A stretch of 64,000 bases of DNA, from assembly GCA_010093605.1 (NCBI GenBank), contig MU004183.1:1798001-1862000 (forward strand), read 5' to 3'. The first letter of the stretch is position 1. Every line of letters begins with the position of its first letter. Position numbers and translations under genes: made by a program. Of this stretch, positions 50,041-62,143 are shown piece by piece. The notes below the pieces were generated by a model. It searched no databases and had not been told where the DNA came from. It worked only from the letters and a program-made list of their open reading frames with translations. This DNA comes from Lophium mytilinum. Its lineage: Eukaryota.

Positions 50041-50427
50041 CTCTCAAAGCTACTATGGGCTTCCAACTTCGAAATATAGCTCAACCCTCTACTTCGTCTA
50101 CATCGTATACCTCTTGCATCGTTCCTCGATTTCATTCCCTTGAATTTTTGTACAGGTGTTTCCACCTATGCTACTTATCAGAATAAAACTAGATACTAAC
50201 ATATCCACCGTTACGATGTTGAGTCTCTTTTTATAGGACCTCTCGTAAGATTCACCACAAAAACCCTGGAATGCAGTAGTCTCCTCGTGTTCGAGGCACG
50301 TGACAAAACGCTAAACAGATACCCCAGGTTTCACTACTCACGTGAATTTGAGAACAGGGCATATACGATGCTCTCTATTTAAGAAGCAATTCCCTACGCT
50401 CCTACTCTTCGCCCATCGAAGCACCTT

Positions 50428-50448
50428 CACACACACACACACACACAC
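50428..50448. repeat. (CA)10 microsatellite in the presumed 5' UTR
   Basis: Directly visible. Confidence 0.9.
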
Positions 50449-50514
50449 CCTGCAATTTTCACACCTGCTTCGACAACTTAGCCAGATTCGATTTCTGCCA
50501 ACCTCATCGTAGAC

Positions 50515-51825
50515 ATGGCCCAGTCCTCCGCATATCCGGGCCTCAGCTTCGTCAATAGTGCTACCTCCAAGGACTTAGAGTTAGATCAAGAAACTGATAG
50601 TGGGTTCTCTCACTTCGAGAGATCTTGCCTGGATGATGAAGCTCCGGAGACAGAAGATTCGAAATCAAATGTGGAGGAGCCGATCTGGAATCAGCCTACC
50701 GAGGATATTCCTGATCCCACCTCCAGCACCGACTGCAGCGAGTCTGAGTCGGATTCTAACCTGGCTTCGGATTTTCAGGTGGATTATGATGCCTCTTCCG
50801 AAAGCCTTGGAATCGGTGCAGATACGCCATGGGTGCCTTCTGGTCCGTTCCGTTTTCTTGATCTTCCACGCGAACTCAGGGACAACGTTTATGCAGAGCT
50901 TTTGACGAGCGAAAACCTTAACACTCGAGGCACGTATTACGGATACGATAATTGTCGGCTTCATGTGTGGGATCGCGAAGACGCCAAACGTCTCGGTCGT
51001 GTGTGGCAGCGCGAAAATGAGAGCGATGAGAGTGACGAAAGCGAGGGCAGTTCTGTCTCCAGCAACCATCACACCCAGATCATATTCACAGCCATCATGC
51101 GGACAAGCAAGCAAATCCATGTCGAGGCAAAGAAGGCCCTATACGACCTCAACACCTTCTCGATAGACCTCACGCGTCTCATCCCTCGTCTCCTGAACGA
51201 AGCCGAGCACCCAGACCAAACTCTACCTAATAACTACATTCGGCTTGCGGATCACGAACCGTACCAACTGGGAGACGAGCTGCCAGGTGGTTTGAACTAC
51301 AACTGCGACCCATCCGCGATCTGCCGTTTGAACCTTCAGCTCCACCTCTGGGACGCAGAGGGCATGTCTGACAGGCGTACTAGACCAGGACTATTCGCCA
51401 ATCGCAACGCTTTCGTTGGCCCATTCGATGTCTTAGCGAAACTCTCCCTCCAGGGCTTCCATCAGATGAAGAGTCTGCAGAAAGTCCGCATCTCGCTAGC
51501 CTATGATGAAATAGGCGTTCCAACGTTAGTCCGGTGGTGCAAGGGCGACGGTCCTCCCCCGATGCGCATCCGGAGCTTCATGCGCGATCTCGTAGCCGCC
51601 GTGCCGGAAAAGGTACAGATTACATGGGGAATGACGAATGCCGAAGCGCAAAAGATTGTGGAGGAGTCAAAGTGGAAGGGCGCTCGCATGGAAGCCTGGT
51701 GGGGATTCGTTGCAGGGGACGTCCTCCGCAAGCTAGCGGATGAGTTCAAATGCTTGAAAGGGATGGACGCGAAGTTTGCCGACGAGCATGCTTTCGAAGA
51801 AATCGAAGAGGACCTCAATCAGTAA
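50515..51825 (+). CDS. F-box-like fungal protein (FRFLDLPRELRDNVY motif) with acidic N-terminus
   Basis: 436-aa intronless ORF; F..LP.E.R..VY and I.RTSKQIH.EA...LY..NTF motifs common in fungal F-box-like families. Confidence 0.75.
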   Translation: MAQSSAYPGLSFVNSATSKDLELDQETDSGFSHFERSCLDDEAPETEDSKSNVEEPIWNQPTEDIPDPTSSTDCSESESDSNLASDFQVDYDASSESLGIGADTPWVPSGPFRFLDLPRELRDNVYAELLTSENLNTRGTYYGYDNCRLHVWDREDAKRLGRVWQRENESDESDESEGSSVSSNHHTQIIFTAIMRTSKQIHVEAKKALYDLNTFSIDLTRLIPRLLNEAEHPDQTLPNNYIRLADHEPYQLGDELPGGLNYNCDPSAICRLNLQLHLWDAEGMSDRRTRPGLFANRNAFVGPFDVLAKLSLQGFHQMKSLQKVRISLAYDEIGVPTLVRWCKGDGPPPMRIRSFMRDLVAAVPEKVQITWGMTNAEAQKIVEESKWKGARMEAWWGFVAGDVLRKLADEFKCLKGMDAKFADEHAFEEIEEDLNQ

Positions 51826-52205
51826 GTAGATGGAGCCTCGAATCTGATCAAGTCGTGTTAGTGAGAGAGTTGTGCTTCTGCAAATTCTAAGGTCAATATG
51901 GGCTGGCGATCGGACATACGGTACTTGTATCGGGCGGGTGGGCTTCTTTTGTACTTGCCTCATAGACAATTCATTTTCTCTGCCACTGATCTTAAGTAAG
52001 CAGTCTGGTAGAGTATTCCTAAAATATGTCTGTGCTGTCGAAAGCCTTGCTGTTGCAATAAAGTTAAGCTGATGAAGAAGAGAACCGTATTGTTTACTCA
52101 GCTCAGCCCCTTTCTTCACCAATCTTATAACCACGGTTGCAGTCTTGACACAAGAGTCAAGTGATGGTCACATGGGCAGGCCAAAAAAGGAGGAAAGGAA
52201 AAAGC

Positions 52206-52380
52206 AAAAAGGTGTTCGAAATCTGATAGTAAGGACAACTGATCCGTCAATCTACCCAGTGGCACAGAAGAGTCAATGTTTGAAACGTCGAGACCTCACC
52301 CCCGGACGGGCTTTAACGGCGCTAACTCGACCACTGGGGCAGGCTTAAGGGCCAACTGAACGTTGTAAGAGAGCCCGAAT
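52206..52380 (-). ncRNA. Candidate Pol III hairpin RNA, copy 1
   Basis: CATATAAT ~30 nt upstream (52414-52407), long rod-like stem, then T5/T5/T6 runs; clearly homologous to copy 2. Confidence 0.6.
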
Positions 52381-52459
52381 ATTTGAATTTGCCACGCAAT
52401 TTAACAATTATATGCTCTCACACCCCGGTTTCATTCACTGAAACGGAAAAGCAAAAAGC

Positions 52460-52632
52460 AAAAAAGAGTTCGGAAACTGGTAGTAAGGACAACTGATCCG
52501 TCAGCCTACCCAGTGGTACAGAAGAGTCAATGTTTGACGTTGAAACCTCACCTCCGAAGGGGCTTTAACAGCGCTAACTCGACCACTGGGGCAGGCTTAA
52601 GGATCAACTGAACGTCGTAACAGAGCCCGAAG
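52460..52632 (-). ncRNA. Candidate Pol III hairpin RNA, copy 2
   Basis: GTATAGAA at 52666-52659; CAGTTGATCC/GGATCAGTTG, AGCCTGCCCCAGTGGT/ACCACTGGGTAGGCT, GAGTTAG/TTGACTC stems; T6 and T5 runs. Confidence 0.6.
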
Positions 52633-53635
52633 ATTTGAGTTTCCAAGCAAATAAGTGCTTCTATACCCTCCCCAATCCTGTCCTTGACACACTTCTGATT
52701 AGCTCGGAATCGCAATCACCTGCAACAAGCAGTGTTAAGGCTAGTAGCAAACAAGCGCTCAAGTACAAAATGCTCGTAGTCCACCAATGTTTCGAAACTA
52801 CGGCCTGCAAAGTAACAAATTCTCAGCTATAACATTTTATGCACCCCTTGTTATGAGAGGGAGAGAGCGAGTATATAGTATTTTGGTATCACTTGGTCCA
52901 CAGGTGCCGTCCCACAAGAAAGTAGGTTTGTACAAGATGATTCAAGGTATAAGATCAAGGTATCTTGATCCGGAGCGGTAACGACTCCCGTCTTCTCTAT
53001 AGCAGCCAGTTCACTGTGTTGACCCTCTCAGGTTAGCCCTCGGCAACCTTGAATCGCAATATAGGGAAAGAAACGTGCCTGGATCTTCCTGTATAGTCAG
53101 GTCCAACGACTTGCTTGCCCAGCACATTCACTGACCCGACTGACGCCGCGTTCAACGACTCTATTTGAAGAGTCCGCAAGCATACCGTGCCATCTGATAT
53201 TACCCCCAAACGTGCCTGATCTCCGCTGCTCACGTGATCAAACGGTACGAACAATAAGACCTGTATGCCAAAGAATAGTAGTAGATTACATATCTAATCA
53301 GAGCATTCTATCGAGAATAATAGTCTATTTCGGTCCAAAGAAATCTAGGATATTTGTAGTTTTGTGGAACGCGCTCCCAACGTCGTGTGACAAAGGAAAA
53401 TTATATGAGAAAAAAGGAAAATCTTTAATTTCTTCGATATAACAACCAACGCCATGCAAATCCAAACCGAACTCATATGGGTATTTTGTGGAACGCGCTT
53501 CCTACGTCGTGAAGAGAAAACGTGTTAAGGAAAGTTTGTTGGCACAACAGTTAGATGAACGAGAAGAAGAGACAAATGGTGAGCTGCAGAGCCCCAGGGT
53601 CATGGATAGATGGTCCCGACTGATGCTGGATAAGG

Positions 53636-56600
53636 TTACTCCGCCTTCTTGCTCGCTTTAGTCCGCAGTTTCATTAGCAAATATACCAGCGCGTAGCTCG
53701 AGATAGCGAAGATGACGCAAATCGCCGCGTCTCTCCAGCCGAAGTAGTAGTCACTCAGATTGACAGTGTCGAGGTAATCGCTGCCCCTGGTATACTGGCA
53801 AACCCTGCATTCAGCAGTAGCATCCGGGTTGACGAGGTTGTTCCGGCTGCCAGGACCACTCAGCCAAGCGCCAAGATACTGTGCGCACGTCTGACCGGAG
53901 GGAGGATCAAAGACAGCAAACTCGGACTCCTTGCACTTAATTTCCCAGTCAAAGTCGGTGAAAACGAGGAGTGAGCCCATCAAAAAGTTGAAAGGGTTCA
54001 GGTAATATATCCAGTAACGCCAGAATGGTTGGATCTGATCGTACGGAACAAGGACACCGCAGAAGGACACAAGGGTACCAATAAGGAGTGGGTTGACGAG
54101 GGACGCGAAAACGGCGTTTGGCGCGTACGCAGCGACGAATTGGCCCATACCAGTGTAAATGAATTGGTAGATGAGCATGACAAAGAAAGTCGCGCCAGCT
54201 TTATCAGAGGCGACCGGGAGCCCAGCGGTGTAGTAAAAGCAGAGGAAGTAGAGAATGGCACAAATGACAAGATATGGCATTTCAGAGACGATGAGGCCGG
54301 TCACGAAGGCGATCCAAGAGTACATCTTGGACTTCTTCTCACGGGTTTCGTAGAGGTCGCGACGCTCGATGAAGAGAGGCTGGAGCTGTGCAATGACACC
54401 GGGTGCAACGAAGATGTAATTGAAGAGCGCGAAGAGGACCAGTTGTTGCTCTGCTACTGAATTGCCAATCTGCCAGAAGGAGAACCCGATGAAGAGGGCG
54501 ACGCCAACGTGTAAAGCGAGCTTGTTGTTGACGTAGTCGATATTGCGGAAAAGGTTGACGTTTGCCCGGTGGGTAACAATCCTGATCTGCGTCCAAAGAT
54601 TGGTCGCAAATTCGTGGCCATCGTCTGTGGTACCCGGCTCCTTGCCCGCTGCGTCGGTGATGATGCTATCGAGGTCTCGGTGCATACGATCTGCTTCAGG
54701 CGACTCAAGCCAGACCTTGTGCCAATCTTTTTCCGAATGAGCTCCTGTAACTACATCAATCATGTGTTCCGCAGGATTAGCACCAGGCGGGCATGGCGCG
54801 TCGTAACGACCAAAATAATCCTTGATGGTATTCGCGTTGTCACCGATGTCGCCAAAGTAAACCGTCTTACCGCCCTTGGCAAGTAGGAGGAGCGTGTCGA
54901 ACTGCGCGAATAGTTGGGCAGAGGGCTGGTGGATGGTGACAAGAACCGCTTGGCCAGCATCGGCAAGCTTTCTGAGGAAGCGGACCGTATTGAACGCTGC
55001 CTGACCGTCGAGGCCAGAGGTGGGCTCATCCAGGAAAATCAAGATGGAGGGTTTCGAGACCAATTCCACGCCAATAGTGACACGCTTGCGTTGCTCTACG
55101 GACAATCCGGTTCCCAGTTTTCCAATCAAGGTGTGTTCCAGGTCATGTAGCTCTAGCAGGTCGATAATGGTATCGACATAAGCTAGTTTCTCCTCACGGG
55201 AGGTTTCACGGCTTTGACGGAGCAATGCCGAGAACTCGAGGGCTTCCCGGACGGTGGAATAAGCCTCATGCACATCAAGCTGCTCGCAATAACCAGCGGA
55301 GCGTTGAAAAGAGACAGGAAGGGGGCGACCGTCAACGAAGATCTCGCCGTGGATTGTGCCTTCGGTTTTTCGTTGAGCCAAAACATCCAGAAGCGTAGTC
55401 TTGCCTGCACCAGAGGATCCCATGAGGGCACCAAGCATACCTGGCTTGACATAGCCGTGCACGTTATCGAGCAAAGTTCGATCGCCGTGGGGTGTCTTGA
55501 CCACGTAGGACAATTTCCTCCAGGTGAATACGGATGTATTACGCATAAGATTCGTCCCGGCCTGGTTTTGAGACGCGACGGCGTCATCGCTGCTATCAGT
55601 TGCGTTTTGTCGAGGAGCTTTCTCGTGCGCTTGAGTTTCCTCATCTGTAGGTATGGTTGGAAGTGCGACCTTCCTGCGATTCTCACGAGGGATTAGCAGA
55701 GCGCCAGAGGAGCCTGCGGCATCGTCCCAGCGTTGTGTGAAGAAGATAGTCAGGCCCACGAAGAGAATCCACCAGGCAAACAGGATGCCAACGTTACGCC
55801 AAATGTGAGATGCCGAATACGACAGGCTGGCTAAGTAATCTTCGCCGCTAACTTCCGTGGCACCTGGTCTTGCGCCAGCGATTCCAGCGCAAGCCTGGTG
55901 CGCAGAGTCTTGATACTGGGGCAGATAGTTCGGGATCAGGTTGCTATAGACGCAAGGGATTGTCTGGCCCTTGAACTCGTTCGCCATCACAGCTTCGAAG
56001 CCGTACGAAAGTGGATCGATCCAGTATATCCAAACGAACCAAGGATGCATTGCGGGCTTAGCGATTTGATACCCGATGTAGACGATAAAAGCAGTGATGG
56101 AGAAGCCTGATACTTTGGATGCAGCGTCGAAGTTCGGGAAAGCTGCGCCCACCATTCTAAAGAAGGCCGTCATGACAAATGTGGTAACGTAAACCACGAA
56201 CCAACATGTAAAGAACGCCGCTGCTGTGGCCTTCAAGGCAGTCATCCAGTAAAGTATAACGATGAAGCTGGAAACCTGGAAAAGTAGGATAGGAACATCT
56301 GCTGCTATCTGCGCAATGCAAAAGGCAGCCTAGTGGTGAAGATTCAGTTAGTATAAGACAAGATTGGAGGGGGAGAAAGACACGGTACGCCTATTGATAT
56401 ACGCTAAGAACTCCTGGAGCAGCTCAGATGACTTTCAGTCCTTGCGACGCTTGACGAAAATCATCCTAGGTGCTTCAAGAGTACTCAAAACATATTCCAA
56501 TATGTGAACCGCAGGCTTACGTACCGGATTGAAGAAAGCAAACGCTTTGTGCTTAGAGAGAATAGGTCTTCCAGCGAAAGAGTCTGTGACCTCCGACATA

Positions 56601-58210
56601 GCCACTAAGGCGTTATACAGAAGAGCCAGAAAGAGAGAACCCCCTTTGACGAACAGGCCGGCCGAGTTAGCAGGAGCATTATAGAACAGCGATCCAGCAA
56701 TCAATGCCTGAACTAACGTTGACCCTTGTTTGATGATAAAGGTCGCTTTGTCTCCCCAGATGATCTGGTACTGACGGGCGACACAAGCCCTGACCTGGTC
56801 CAGGAACGAAACAGTCATGGGCGAAGACTTGGGAAGTTGGTGTGACTTATCGATCGTCACTGCTTCGCAGAAGGTTTTCGTATTCGTTTTGGCTTCGTGC
56901 GTTGTGGGGTAGTCCAATTGGCGGTCCATATTGGCTTTGATAGGCGACTGGCGATATGCTTGCTCCAGCTCAATGTTGTTTCGGGGGAAGCGCGACTCGA
57001 AACCGGATCGGATCGCTCTCTCGCTTGGTACAGTGACACCGGTAAGGAAATCGGCGACATTAGCCCCGTCACCACACACAAATCCTTGCGACTCCATGAA
57101 AGGACGCGCCTCTTCACGTGAACCGTAAAATACTTGCTCCCCCTCATCGAGGACGAGAACTTTGTCAAACAGATCGTAGATACCATTGCCAGCTTGGTAC
57201 AACGTGACAATAGTGGCAACACCCATGGCGTCTGTCATGCAACGCAATGCCCGGGTGTATTCCAAAGCTGTCGACGCATCCAGCCCACGAGTTGAGTTGT
57301 CCCAGCACATGACGCTAGCTCGCGTGGATAGTGCTTCTATGATCGAGACTCGCTTGCGTTCACCACCCGAGACACCCCGAACGAAGGCGTCGCCAACTTT
57401 AGTGTCCTCCGTATGTGAGATTCCCATGGAATCAAGCAAGAACGATTTAAATTTCTGCTGGAAAGCTTCCCGACTCTCCGTGTCTCTCGGTAGCTCATGA
57501 GGGATATTCAGACGGGTAGCGAAGTCCATGGTTTGCCCTACTGTGAGGGTAGGATAGAACAGTTCTTCCTCGGTATTCATGACCACATAGCCGCGATACT
57601 GCTGGGCTGATTTGGCGTCGAGTGAACCGAAATGAACGTCGCCGCTGACCTTGGTATATCTGAAACTATAAGCATACAGACGAGTTGGGAAGCCTGCGGA
57701 TTCAACTCACCCTTTCCTTTTGTTCGCTAACATCTTCAGCAGAGTGGTACAACCACTACCAGGTCGACCCAGAACAAGAAGCATCTCCCCTGGCTTCACG
57801 CAGCCGGAACTGGAATTCAGGATCGTCTTCAAAGCCGGCTTCTGTCGTCCTTCCTTGATCTGCTGTGGTATGTTGAACTGACTCAAAACATTCTCATGTA
57901 CCATTGCGTCTGAAGGCACCACTTGGACTGTTAAATCCTTCCAGGTTACCCCCAAACTCCGGCTCTCAGCCGGGTCATTGAGCTGGACATCTTTAACGGT
58001 CGCTGTGAGTCTCCATTCTTCGACCGTGGTTTTCACCGATGAATCTTCCCCACTGTCTTCCACATCGTCCCATTTCTCTGAGTTGTTTCCAGGGTGGCTA
58101 TTATGTGATTTATGAGAAAAGGTACGGGATATGGTGCGGAAAATGTCATCGCCGGCACCGGCTGGTAAGGCAGTATTGAGCACTGAAATGCTCGTACTCC
58201 GTCGCACCAT
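53636..58210 (-). CDS. Full-size PDR/ABCG multidrug transporter (AtrB/Snq2-like), introns ~57660-57710 and 56330-56524
   Basis: GRPGSGCTT (degenerate Walker A1), [55 protein letters not shown], two TMDs. Confidence 0.95.
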
Positions 58211-60214
58211 AGCGGTGCGTTGTGCGAGACGTGATGAAAGAGAAAGTAAAAGCGTGCGTAGATTAGTGTCGTGTCACTAGGAAAGGACAGTTGAGGAAAA
58301 TAACGGAGGTGGATAGGTATGTACGGCAGGTCGACTCGAAAAGCATGGAGTGGCAGTCGTTCCAATAAAAGGAAGACAACGATGTGGAGAACAATAGTCG
58401 TACATAGCTTCCAACTAATCAGATTCAGGGTACATCAGAGATTTGGTGTATACCCTGTCAAGATGGCTTCCTGTCGCTCCGTGCCGCTCCGGGGTTCCCC
58501 CGACCACTACCGGTTTATCATCAGCGCTCGATGTCGGAAACGTACCGTTGTGCATCACCATCCGAGAGCCCCCTAAATACCACCGAAGATTGGTGGAGGA
58601 TTCGCGAGTAGATCTGGTCACGGTTAGAAACAGTTGGACCAGCGGCTCAGCCCCATCAAACCCTACGCTAATTCCCATGGAGGCCTTGAGACCCTGGCGT
58701 AGAATCCTGGAATGGGCGTCGCGGACGGACGATATCATTGACCGACCGTCCGACACCGGCACTGCCGGTCGATGCTCAAAAATTAGCCGCGAGCAATGAC
58801 GAATCCAGGTCCACCTGTGCGCCCTACATACCTACAAGGGGGACCTTCAACACCGTATTCTTACTTCGAAAAGCTCCAGAACGAAAAGCCGACACCAAAA
58901 CTTCTATGATAAGTTCCGAAGGACCCGGAATCAGTGCAGACATGGTGGCCAATCATGACCATCAAGAGCATCAGTGCCCGTGAATGTTATTCTAGTTCGT
59001 AGCAGGCCTTGCTTGCGCATTCTGCACAAGCAGACCCTAGAATGAGATCGTAGCTGGAGGTGGGAAAAAATTTCCCAACTTCTTCATTCCTCTCGATCCG
59101 AATGTATAGTAGTACAATGCTGGACGGGTGACAGCCATCCAAACCACAGCACGCACACAATTGGATGCAAATCTTCATTGATCCACTTGAGAATCCCATG
59201 TTGCTTTCTTGACACGACTTGGAGCGGAATGATGTTGCGACTGCGAATGAAATCCATGTTCGGATCCAGTGTACGAATGTCCGCCTGTTTGTACAAAGAC
59301 ATCCCGCAGCCTACCGCTGGCTCCTTGGCCTATAGTCACTGACTAATTTGAAGTTTTGTCGGTAAAACCCAAGAACCGAAAGCCGACAGGATTTAGGACA
59401 CTGGTTAAGGTGCCCACATGGCTCTGACCCTGATTTCCCTACAACACGGATGTCGAATCTCATACTAAGCGCCTGGTCGTAGTAAGCGCTATCTTGCATA
59501 TCGCTCGACAGGGGTGATGTTGGGCGGTAGGTACGGCCGTAGTAGAGACGCATAGTATTTCGAGAAAGGATCGGAAGACATAGCAGAGACCCCTTTCGTT
59601 ACCCCTCTTCCTGGTCCGTGCACCTACCGCTTCCAGTAACTGGGCTCGCTGGACTGCCAAAAGGTGTAGAGTACAGAGCGTATTTGTGTAAATTCAACGA
59701 CGCGTCTTGAGCACATATCCTCTGGTAGGATAAGTAAACAGGCTGACGCGAAACTTTCTACCGAGCCAGAATTGGAATATAATCGCTCGTTGTGGAGATA
59801 TAGTGGTTGGGCGGGGCCCGACGTGGAGGCCAAACACGTCGGTAGCGGAACAACGATGTTCCAGCCAGACACGTGATCTGAACGTCAGGTGATTGATGTC
59901 CACGGCGTGGGTCGGTGGAAGGAGAGAAGGCCTGTCGCAGCAATAGTATTCCATTCTGGCAACCTTTGAAGTTCTCCAGCGTATCGTGAAGGTGAGATTG
60001 CGATGTAAACTTCCTGATACTTCGATCCACATCTCCAAATTCTCCTGCTAACATCTGAAGTCCTCCAAGACACGATAAAAATTCAGGACATAACGTAAAG
60101 CTCTGAGAACTCATAACCATACCGCCCCCTTCCTCCACAACCCTACCACCGTCCACAGTCATTCAGTCCACCGCACAACCTCAATTCATAACACCAACTC
60201 CCCAGCACTCCAAA

Positions 60215-60588
60215 TCACACCAAATGAGCCGTCCTCATCTCGCTCTCCAGGATCCACTTGTCAAGCGCCCCCCGATCCCTCACCTTGAACCCGACCTTGA
60301 ACGGCTTCGGCACCGTCGTCAACGAACTCGGATTCTCACTGCAGCCTAAAGCGTCGAGCACCGGGCGGTCTTCGATATCCCGCGCAGGCACCACCTCAAA
60401 CGCCACGGTCAACCTCACCAAAAAGACGTAAAGTTCGCGGTTCGCGAGCTGCACGCTCGCACACATGCGGGAGCCGGCGCCGTATGCGTAGTGCGGCGTA
60501 TCCGCCGCAGCAGCTTTCGACTCGTCAAGGTAGCGGTCTGGGTTGAATCTCTCAGGGTCTGAGTAGTGGGTTAGGCTGCAGTTTGCGT
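60215..60588 (-). pseudogene. 3' fragment of a CYP504 / phenylacetate 2-hydroxylase-like P450
   Basis: PERFNPDRYL..TPHYAYGAGSRMCASVQLANRELY..SLTTVPKPFKVGFKVRD..KWILESEMRT; no upstream P450 exons found before the thioesterase gene; the conserved Gly two residues after the heme Cys is Ser. Confidence 0.75.
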
Positions 60589-61255
60589 GTAGGTGTTCTA
60601 TGGTTTTTATGAGGAATTCGAAAGCAAGGGCCGTTTAAGTAGACGTGCTTGTGCCGCACAGTGAGTGGAATGAGGTGGCGTGGTCGTGATTGGGAAATAC
60701 TCCGTATCGAAAGCAGTTATAGATAGTGATCAAGTCCATTATCTGCAGCTTTTCTTCCTTGCTTGACGTAGAGGGGGTTTGGTAAGGTGCTGGGCGGTAG
60801 GGGTTATTGCAGCATATTTCTTCTTCGACGTTAATGAAGGAGCCGTGGGAACGCCCCATGAACATAGTGGGACTTCCTCCGTTGATTAACACAGGCCGTA
60901 ATTTGTAAGTGAAAGTCGGCGGACCGTGACCGAGGCCGGGGAGCGGCGTTGATGCATCGGGACTGACATGAGGAGAAACTTAACGCAACTGAGTTGGGCG
61001 CCATCTGTGAGCCTTCGAAATTGGAATGTAAATCAGATAGGATGTTCAACCCCGTTAAGTGTATTCCAGATAGTAGTTTTTCATTCTTACTGTTGTCTGC
61101 CAAACAGCTGGCTCTTGTTGGGGGCTTCCCGGCACCAATCTAGTAAAGTGCATGAAGTTCTAATGTCTATAGATAAGCGAGACAGTTTAAAAGAGATGCC
61201 GTTCAAAGGTCAGAAGATTTTCCGCTCTATTTACGTAGCCTCCACTTACTGGCGC

Positions 61256-61878
61256 TTATAATTTGCCCTTTGGCTGAACGAACAGAGCCTCCCCAGTCGC
61301 GTAGACAACACCCATACCATCTTCTATACTCCCAACAACCCACGCTTTCTTCCCTTCTTTCTTCTCAAACCTTGCGGTGGCCAAAACAACGTTCGGCGTC
61401 GGTACTGGCCTTTTATAGTTGACTTTGATATCTTGAAAAAGTCAGTGGGAGTAGCACCATTTGCGACCACATGAGATCTCTCACAAGCCGTGAACAACCC
61501 CAAATCTGACGGCTCTCCTCTCCTCCAACTCGACGCCCGCTCCATGTTAATTGTCAACAGCACCCCCATGACTTCATCCATCAGAGTCGCCACGAAGCCG
61601 CCATGGCACAGATCCGGGTGCCCATTCACGCCATCTCCTAGGTCCATGATAGTGCGGACCGCCTGAATAGGCGGATCTGCGTTTTCGTCCGGCTTCAGAT
61701 GTAAGGAGAGAAGATGCTTGATGGTCCGGTCTGTTTTGAGGGTCTCGGCGAAGAAGGAGTCCTCCGTGCTGCTCTTTGGGGTCCGTGAAGACGTCGCGCA
61801 GACGACCCAGTCGGGATCCCGTATGAGTTCTGCCGCCCACGGGATCCCGCCGAAACGAACCTCGGAGGCGCTGGTCAT
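61256..61878 (-). CDS. Hotdog-fold acyl-CoA thioesterase (PaaI/THEM4-like), one intron
   Basis: GVNGHPDLCHGGFVATLMDEVMG, FTA|YIKVNYKRPVPTP, GEALFV. Confidence 0.9.
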
Positions 61879-62143
61879 GGCAATAGTCTTTGGTTGAGAG
61901 TTGCAGACATGATAGAAGTAGGGAAAGGCCTCGTGCTTCAACTAGACAGTCGAGTAAGGTTTTGCCGAGGTCTGGTATTGCACGAGTCAAACAGTACGAA
62001 GTTTTGAGGTTCTTATCGATAAAGCTCATCCTGGGATTTTTCGTCCCACCTCACCCCATACATTTTTCTTATATACCTGCATATTGTATATTTACCAACG
62101 TATATCATTATTAGACCAATATTAGAGCGACTAGAATCTCAGC

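Noticed and set aside
58990..60160. Possible decayed gene on the - strand upstream of the ABC transporter
   Set aside because: Stop-ridden, with no recognisable homology; cannot be supported.
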